Source: an uncultured Actinomycetes bacterium (GTDB lineage Bacteria > Actinomycetota > Acidimicrobiia > Acidimicrobiales > Ilumatobacteraceae). From it: a stretch of 31,638 nucleotides of DNA. Made by a program: the position numbers and the translations under genes. Shown one piece after another: positions 26,175 to 31,638 of the stretch; within the stretch, counting starts at the first letter, position 1, and each line of letters opens with the position of its first letter. The notes below the pieces were generated by a model. That model ran no database searches and was not told the origin of the DNA. It worked only from the letters and a program-made list of their open reading frames with translations. The DNA is taken from assembly GCA_903858075.1 (NCBI GenBank), contig CAIOHI010000220.1, positions 1-31,638 of the forward strand. The letters are read 5' to 3'.

Positions 26175-27072
26175 TTCCTCACAACACGCAGATCAAAATA
26201 TTCTTCTTGAAATTTTAGTGAAGCAAGAGTTCTGCGAAATTGTGAGTGATGCCCTATGGGCGTGCGGTGCGCAAGCCGTTGAGGTTTTAGATGATGTGAA
26301 TCAAAGTATTGTTCGCACTCATCTGGGCAATGATCCGCTCGGGCAGTGGGAATCGTATGTTGAGCAGTTCGGCAATGCAGATAACAGGCTTAAAGATTGG
26401 CCGGTGCGCTTGTTTGCGCAGAATACTGATGTAGCCAACACCTGGCGTGAATTCGCGAAAACAACTGTTGTTGAATCTGTTGCTCTCATTCCGCAATGGA
26501 AGAGCGATGAATTTGATTACTCAGATTCATCACTGCTTCCCATATTCATAGAACCTTACGGCTCCTTCGGCATGGGTGATCATCCAACTACCCGAGCCAC
26601 CCTTACTTTGGCTTTGCAACACCTGCAGGACTTTGATGATGCACCAAGCATTCTCGACATCGGATGCGGATCAGGTGTACTCAGTGTTGCATTGACAAAG
26701 AAGTTCAACGGAGTGGCACATGGAATTGATCTTGCTGCAACTGCAATTGAGGCAAGTAATTTTAATGCTCAACTCAATGGGGTAGAAGTTTCGTTCACTT
26801 GCCAACAAGGTGGTCTCGAATGCATCTCTGGCACCTACTCACACGTCTTGGCCAATATCTTGGCTCCGGTACTGCTTGAAGGTTCAGTTGCTATCGGGGG
26901 CGCTGTAGAAGAAAATGGATACCTATTCCTCAGCGGATTCACTGACTCACGAGAAAAAGACATCGTGAAGTGTTATGAAAAACTCGGGTTTCGTTATATC
27001 AACGAGATTGAAATTGATGGCTGGCTTGCAATCAGCCTGCAGCGCGTGAGCGAACACCTATTGGCGCAATGA
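26167..27072 (+). CDS. prmA: Ribosomal protein L11 methyltransferase PrmA-like
   Basis: IFIEPYGSFGMGDHPTT, ILDIGCGSGVLS, VLANILAPVL; ATG 26167 overlaps the upstream gene end. Confidence 0.8.
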   Translation: MADSSQHADQNILLEILVKQEFCEIVSDALWACGAQAVEVLDDVNQSIVRTHLGNDPLGQWESYVEQFGNADNRLKDWPVRLFAQNTDVANTWREFAKTTVVESVALIPQWKSDEFDYSDSSLLPIFIEPYGSFGMGDHPTTRATLTLALQHLQDFDDAPSILDIGCGSGVLSVALTKKFNGVAHGIDLAATAIEASNFNAQLNGVEVSFTCQQGGLECISGTYSHVLANILAPVLLEGSVAIGGAVEENGYLFLSGFTDSREKDIVKCYEKLGFRYINEIEIDGWLAISLQRVSEHLLAQ

Positions 27073-27340
27073 GGTGGAACCCAGCGCTGTGACGCTCTTC
27101 TTCGGACTCGCCACCCCAGAAACCATATTCATGATTCTCTCGTGCAAAGCTGCGACAGGTGTCGAGCACAGCGCAGGACATACATACTTCACGAGCCATT
27201 GATTCGCGACGTAAACGAGATTGAGGACGCTCAGCTGCAGGAGGGAAAAACACTGTAGTGAGCCCGCGACACGCGCCTTCGCTCATCCATTTCTCCACAG
27301 CAAAATCTCGCCTCGAATAAGATTCAATTGCCGCCATCAC
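27032..27340 (-). CDS. whiB: WhiB family Fe-S transcription factor
   Basis: W...GAC, FFPP, CxxC (CMSC), fourth Cys, GFWGG..E.ER; start GTG 27340 or ATG 27337. Confidence 0.93.
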   Translation of the reverse strand: MMAAIESYSRRDFAVEKWMSEGACRGLTTVFFPPAAERPQSRLRRESMAREVCMSCAVLDTCRSFARENHEYGFWGGESEEERHSAGFHLIAPIGVRSRAAG

Positions 27341-27375
27341 ACACCCCCCGATGTACTGCTAAAACCCAATGATTC

Positions 27376-27404
27376 ATTGTAACTGCATCTAACTCTACAG
27401 TCAA
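27376..27404 (-). promoter_or_regulatory. Near-consensus housekeeping-sigma promoter of whiB
   Basis: TTGACT (27404-27399), 17-nt spacer, TACAAT (27381-27376). Confidence 0.8.
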
Positions 27405-27419
27405 TTAACTATTGCTCCG

Positions 27420-28517
27420 TCAAGTTACTATTTGGTAAACCGCTTCAGCGAAGGAATTCACATCGCTGATCTCTGTGTCCCACGAGGTCATCCAACGCAC
27501 GCGGTGTCGCGCTGGTTCCCAATCCCAGAAGAATGACACCTCGCGTAACTGCTCAGCATGATGAGGAGAAATGGTGGGGTAGAGGCTGTTCACCGCAGGT
27601 GCCTCTATTAACTCAAGAGACTGAATTGACTGCACGGCTGCATACAAAGACGACGCTGATTCATTAGCCGACGCTCCGAGCTGTACCCACAGGTCGTTCT
27701 TCAACACCGCTGCAAATTGCGCAGAAACAAATCGCATCTTGGAAGGCAACTGTGTTGTTTGCTTTCGCGCGAAAGGCGCATACCGCAAAGCACGCTGTGC
27801 ATTCTCTTGCGAGAAATCTTTATACGAATGCGCCCGAGCAGCGCCTTGAGGGAAATAAAGAACAGCCTCGCCATACATCAAACCATTTTTAGTTCCGCCA
27901 AAGGTGAGTACGTCTACACCTGCATCGACGGTGAATTTGCGCAGAGACGAGATTCCGCCTAGTGCCGCTGTTGCATTGGCTATTCGTGCACCATCCATAT
28001 GCACCAAGAGGCCGTTCTCGTGAGCACACAAGCACAGCTGCTCAATTTCCTCTGCCGTATATAACGTTCCTAATTCAGTCGGTTGAGTAAGAGACACAAC
28101 GCGAGGTTGAGCATGATGCATTACACCAATGTCGCCAGCAACTCGTTCAATATCTTTTGTCGTCACTTTCGCATCGGTACTAGGAACCGCTAGCAATTTG
28201 ATTCCGGCACGTTCCGGGGCACCCGTTTCATCAATGTGTAAATGCGACCACTGGCTACACACAACCGCGTCTCCAGGGCCACACAAACTAGAGAGGGCAA
28301 AGACGTTGCCACCGGTGCCACCAAAGACGAAAAATGTTTTGGTACCTACACCAAATATTCTTTCGAACTGACTCTCGGCCTCGGCTGTAAACACATCGCC
28401 GCCGTAAGCAATTGCGTGATCAAGGTTTGCTGCTTGCAGGTTTTCCATGACCACTGGGTGCACACCAGCAAAATTGTCTGAGGCAAAACTTCGAATGGCG
28501 GCCGAGTGAGATGACAT
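27420..28517 (-). CDS. ltaE: Low-specificity L-threonine aldolase (PLP)
   Basis: FASDN, GTGGN, HLHIDETGAP, VSLTQPTELGT, HMDGAR, TFGGTKNG (PLP Lys). Confidence 0.9.
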   Translation of the reverse strand: MSSHSAAIRSFASDNFAGVHPVVMENLQAANLDHAIAYGGDVFTAEAESQFERIFGVGTKTFFVFGGTGGNVFALSSLCGPGDAVVCSQWSHLHIDETGAPERAGIKLLAVPSTDAKVTTKDIERVAGDIGVMHHAQPRVVSLTQPTELGTLYTAEEIEQLCLCAHENGLLVHMDGARIANATAALGGISSLRKFTVDAGVDVLTFGGTKNGLMYGEAVLYFPQGAARAHSYKDFSQENAQRALRYAPFARKQTTQLPSKMRFVSAQFAAVLKNDLWVQLGASANESASSLYAAVQSIQSLELIEAPAVNSLYPTISPHHAEQLREVSFFWDWEPARHRVRWMTSWDTEISDVNSFAEAVYQIVT

Positions 28518-28549
28518 TGGTATCAGTCTCTCAAATAAATCTCTGAATG

Positions 28550-28558
28550 TGCCATAAT
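28550..28558 (+). promoter_or_regulatory. Extended -10 TGcCATAAT, probable leaderless promoter
   Basis: TGn plus hexamer, then 6 nt, then ATG 28565. Confidence 0.65.
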
Positions 28559-28564
28559 TTCGTC

Positions 28565-28945
28565 ATGACGAAATTACCTAGTGACCAGGAGTGGCAGAGG
28601 AAAGTACCGCCCGATGGACCCCGCTGCAGGTGGTGCCGCCGGGTCCTTGTGGCACGCTCAGGACCTGGTCGACCTCGGGCGTATTGCAGCCAGCCGTGTC
28701 GCCAATGGGACTGGGTTGCACGCCAACGGGCTCGAGAAGTTCAACTGAGCGATGAGCAATTAGTGATGGCCCGTGAAGAGCTGAATGACGTGCATGATGC
28801 GATATACGTGTTGTCATGCGCCGTACAAGATGTTCAACGCGATCTAGCAGCCAACAAACAGCCAAATGCCAAGGAGCTCAAAGACATGCTGCAATGGATT
28901 TTGGAATGTGCTGAACCCATTGGGTCCATCCGCCTGCGCCCATAA
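28565..28945 (+). CDS. Conserved actinobacterial C4 zinc-finger protein with helical C-terminus
   Basis: CRWC..GPGRPRAYCSQPCRQ; start moved from 28547 to ATG 28565 on promoter spacing. Confidence 0.8.
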   Translation: MTKLPSDQEWQRKVPPDGPRCRWCRRVLVARSGPGRPRAYCSQPCRQWDWVARQRAREVQLSDEQLVMAREELNDVHDAIYVLSCAVQDVQRDLAANKQPNAKELKDMLQWILECAEPIGSIRLRP

Positions 28946-28963
28946 TAAGCGTTATGTAAATTA

Positions 28964-28975
28964 TTTATGCATAAA
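28964..28975. promoter_or_regulatory. Perfect 12-bp palindrome TTTATGCATAAA, candidate operator
   Basis: Read directly; lies in an AT-rich gap upstream of the PLP-enzyme promoter. Confidence 0.5.
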
Positions 28976-28999
28976 AATATTGACCCATTTAAACGCCAC

Positions 29000-29005
29000 T
29001 AACCT
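29000..29005 (+). promoter_or_regulatory. -10 hexamer TAACCT, probable leaderless promoter
   Basis: TANNNT-N6-ATG (29012). Confidence 0.62.
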
Positions 29006-29011
29006 GCCCAT

Positions 29012-30280
29012 ATGAGCACCCCCTCAAACGAAACGTTCAGCCCAACGGCTCAAACAATTTTGAGCGACTTAGAAGAACTTCGCGTCAACGATATTCGTTG
29101 GCGCGACGGCAAAGCATTTAGCTTGACCTATTGCGCCTCAGATGAAGCTCGTCAACTTTCTGAAACCGCGTACCGCATGTTTTCACATGAGAATGCGCTC
29201 AATGTGGCCGCATTTCCCAGCCTGAAAAATATGCAACAAGAAGTGCTCGATTTTGTCATGCAAATTCTTGAGGCTCCACCAACTGGAGCCGGTTTTATGA
29301 CCTCAGGAGGCACCGAGAGTCTCGTTCTCGTGGTCTATGGCGCTCTGCAGCGAGCAATTGCGCAGAGAGGCTCAGAACGCCCCCAAGATCAACGCTTCAA
29401 TGTGGTCTTGCCCTCTACAGCCCATGCAGCTCTCGAAAAAGGATGCACCTACTTCAACATCGAGAGTCGCCGCGTTCCGGTGCGGGCAGATTGGCGAGCC
29501 GATGAGCAAGCCATGATTGCCGCATGTGATGACAACACCATTCTTCTGGTGTGCTCTGCCCCACAGTATCCGCAAGGCGTAGTAGACCCCATGGAACTCA
29601 TTGGCCAAGAGGCACTGCGACGAGGTATTCCCTTCCACATTGATGCATGCATGGGCGGAATGCTTCTCCCCTTTCTCGCACCTGCGCATATGGCATGGAA
29701 TTTTTCCGTTCCAGGTGTTACATCGATGTCGGTGGATCTGCACAAATATGGCTACACCGCTAAAGGTGCTGGCGTCATTATTTATGCAAACAAAGAATTA
29801 CGTAATCACCAAACTTTTTTCACTGATAATTGGCTTGGCGGAATGTATGGGTCGTCGGGAATCTTGGGCACTAAGAGCGGCGGCCCCATCGCATCTGCGT
29901 GGGCAATGGTTCAATACTTTGGCCACGACGGTTATCGCGACCTTGCACTTACAGCGCGAAAGGTTGCACTGGAAATTGCACGACACATTGAGGCCATTCC
30001 TGAACTTGTGTTGCGCGCCGAACCCGACACAACACTGATTTGCATCGGAGCACGAGACTCTCAGACACTTCCCATATTTTCTGTGTCACGAGCATTACGG
30101 GAAAATGGCTGGTATGTCGATGAGCAAACACCGCCAGATTCCATACATCTCACTGTCAATGTGGTGCACGAAAACAGGGTTGAAGAATTTGTTGCCGACC
30201 TCAAAGCCGCTGTTCAACTGGCTCTCGAAAATGCTGCCAGCACAACTAGCAGTGCTCCCCTGCCATACGGATCTGTTTAA
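29012..30280 (+). CDS. Group II PLP-dependent enzyme, sphingosine-1-phosphate-lyase-like
   Basis: WRDGKAFSLTY, ENALNVAAFPSL, MTSGGTES, SAPQYPQGVVDP, HIDACMGG, SVDLHKYGYTAKG. Confidence 0.85.
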   Translation: MSTPSNETFSPTAQTILSDLEELRVNDIRWRDGKAFSLTYCASDEARQLSETAYRMFSHENALNVAAFPSLKNMQQEVLDFVMQILEAPPTGAGFMTSGGTESLVLVVYGALQRAIAQRGSERPQDQRFNVVLPSTAHAALEKGCTYFNIESRRVPVRADWRADEQAMIAACDDNTILLVCSAPQYPQGVVDPMELIGQEALRRGIPFHIDACMGGMLLPFLAPAHMAWNFSVPGVTSMSVDLHKYGYTAKGAGVIIYANKELRNHQTFFTDNWLGGMYGSSGILGTKSGGPIASAWAMVQYFGHDGYRDLALTARKVALEIARHIEAIPELVLRAEPDTTLICIGARDSQTLPIFSVSRALRENGWYVDEQTPPDSIHLTVNVVHENRVEEFVADLKAAVQLALENAASTTSSAPLPYGSV

Positions 30281-30307
30281 ACACGTCACTACTGAAATGA
30301 GGAGCCA

Positions 30308-31465
30308 ATGAAGTTTGGAATATTTCTTCCGCCAATGCACCGTACGGGTATTAATCCCACGCTCTTGTTACATAGAGATCTTGAACTTGTGCAGTGGCTC
30401 GATGCGCTTGGCTACGACGAGGCATGGATTGGCGAACATCATTCTGCAGGTTCCGAGCTCATTGCTTCGCCTGAAGTGTTCATTGCTGCAGCAAGCCAGA
30501 GAACACAGCACATCAAGTTAGGCACCGGAGTGAACTCACTTCCCTACCACCACCCGTTCATCCTCGCCGATCGCATTGTGATGCTCGATCATCTGACCCG
30601 AGGACGAATGATGTTCGGCGCAGGGCCAGGTCAACTCACAAGCGACGCTGCCATGCTCGGAATTCCAGCCGACCGTCAACGCCCACGAATGGAAGAGGCA
30701 TTTGACGTAATGATGCGGTTATTCGCCGGAGAAACGGTAACGAAACACACCGATTGGTTCACCTGTGAAGAAGCCGTTCTGCAAATGAAGCCTTATTCAC
30801 AATTCCCAGTTGCAGTTGCATCGTCGCTCTCACCCTCTGGTTCAAAACTTGCAGGTAAATACGGCACGGGTCTTTTGTCGATTGCGGCCACCGAACCTGC
30901 CGCGTTCCATGTGCTCGACTACAACTACTCCGTTTGGCAAGACGAAGCTTCTCGTCATGGTCACAGTGTGGCGCGCGATCAGTGGCGCCTCATGGGCCCA
31001 ATGCATATTGCGGAAACTGAGAAACAAGCACGAGAAAACTGCCGCTATGGGCTGCAATGGGTCTTTGAGTATCTTTCTCACATCATTCCCATGGGAGACC
31101 CAAATGACCCTCCTCCCCCAAGTGATTTCGACGACTTTGTAGATTTCGCAAATGAAACTGGACGAATGGTGATTGGCACACCGGAAATGGCGATAGCGCA
31201 ACTATCTCGGCTAGAGGAAAAGACCGGCGGATTCGGCACTTACCTCTTTTTGGGCGCAGACCTCGCCGACTGGGGCGCCACGAAGCGCAGTTACGAACTG
31301 TTCGCAGAAAGCGTGATGCCGCATTTCCAAGATCAACTGCGCGCCCCGCAGGAAAGTTACGACAAAATAGTTCATGCGGGTTCGCGGTGGGTGGACGCAA
31401 CTCTTGGCGCCCAATTGAACGCAATTGCCGCGTATGAGCATGAAAAAGCAGAACGCATCAACTAG
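30308..31465 (+). CDS. Luciferase-like (LLM class) flavin-dependent monooxygenase, LimB-like
   Basis: MKFGIFL..H, GYDEAWIGEHHS, IKLGTGVNSLPYHHP, LDHLTRGRMMFGAGPG; GAGGAG RBS. Confidence 0.92.
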   Translation: MKFGIFLPPMHRTGINPTLLLHRDLELVQWLDALGYDEAWIGEHHSAGSELIASPEVFIAAASQRTQHIKLGTGVNSLPYHHPFILADRIVMLDHLTRGRMMFGAGPGQLTSDAAMLGIPADRQRPRMEEAFDVMMRLFAGETVTKHTDWFTCEEAVLQMKPYSQFPVAVASSLSPSGSKLAGKYGTGLLSIAATEPAAFHVLDYNYSVWQDEASRHGHSVARDQWRLMGPMHIAETEKQARENCRYGLQWVFEYLSHIIPMGDPNDPPPPSDFDDFVDFANETGRMVIGTPEMAIAQLSRLEEKTGGFGTYLFLGADLADWGATKRSYELFAESVMPHFQDQLRAPQESYDKIVHAGSRWVDATLGAQLNAIAAYEHEKAERIN

Positions 31466-31489
31466 GTTTAAGACACAACTTAATCACAC

Positions 31490-31638
31490 TCTCGCTGGGA
31501 GAGAATCCCTTATCTGGTGCCAATAAACGTCAGATGGGGGTCGCCGAAGGAGCAACCGCCCCGGAACCTCTCAGGCCAAAGGACCGGCGAGAAACTCACA
31601 CGCTGGAAAGAATGTGCTTGCACATCACCGACGGGGAA
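31490..31638 (+). ncRNA. Tandem glycine riboswitch; second aptamer truncated by the window end
   Basis: P1 tctcgctgg/ccggcgaga, GAGAGA, P2 hairpin, CGCCGAAGGAGCAA, CTCTCAGG, AAAGGAC; second aptamer CTGGAAAG, atgtgc/gcacat, CACCGACGGGGAA. Confidence 0.92.

Noticed and set aside
1402-31465. A window-wide lipid-degradation island (acyl-CoA ligase, GDPD, DAGK-like, hydratase, lyase, LLM)
   Set aside because: The genes are scattered among housekeeping loci on both strands with separate promoters; only the lyase-LLM pair is physically supported
1-31638. tRNA, rRNA, CRISPR arrays, IS or prophage elements, frameshifted pseudogenes
   Set aside because: Intergenic gaps are under about 170 bp and show no cloverleaf, spaced repeats, transposase or integrase motifs; all long ORFs read through intact

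Overview
Gene-dense core-genome segment of an actinobacterium. Gene content and a moderate GC (about 50% by eye, not computed) suggest a streamlined Acidimicrobiia/Ilumatobacteraceae-like lineage (inference). The centre is a complete Pup-proteasome locus: trmI, divergent ferredoxin, arc, dop, pup (ending GGE), prcB, prcA, pafA. The usual pafBC-tatA block after pafA is absent; lepB, a glycerophosphodiesterase and tatB sit there instead, followed by tatC, helY and a degenerate DAG-kinase-like gene. The flanks hold transketolase (partial), a domain-permuted ADP-forming acyl-CoA ligase, dacB, three small membrane proteins, an M20 amidohydrolase, a two-domain ThyX, an acidic DUF4193-like protein, a GNAT, an enoyl-CoA hydratase, a gamma-CA-family protein, prmA, whiB, threonine aldolase, a C4 zinc-finger protein, an S1P-lyase-like PLP enzyme paired with a luciferase-like monooxygenase, and a tandem glycine riboswitch at the right edge. 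At least 10 genes have a -10 hexamer exactly 6 nt before the start codon, indicating pervasive leaderless mRNAs. I found no rRNA, tRNA, CRISPR array or mobile element, and no clearly new multi-gene system. The best leads are the lyase/monooxygenase operon with its upstream palindrome, the Ala(-1) processing site of PrcB, the DAGK-like pseudokinase coupled to helY, and an uncharacterised 440-aa protein.
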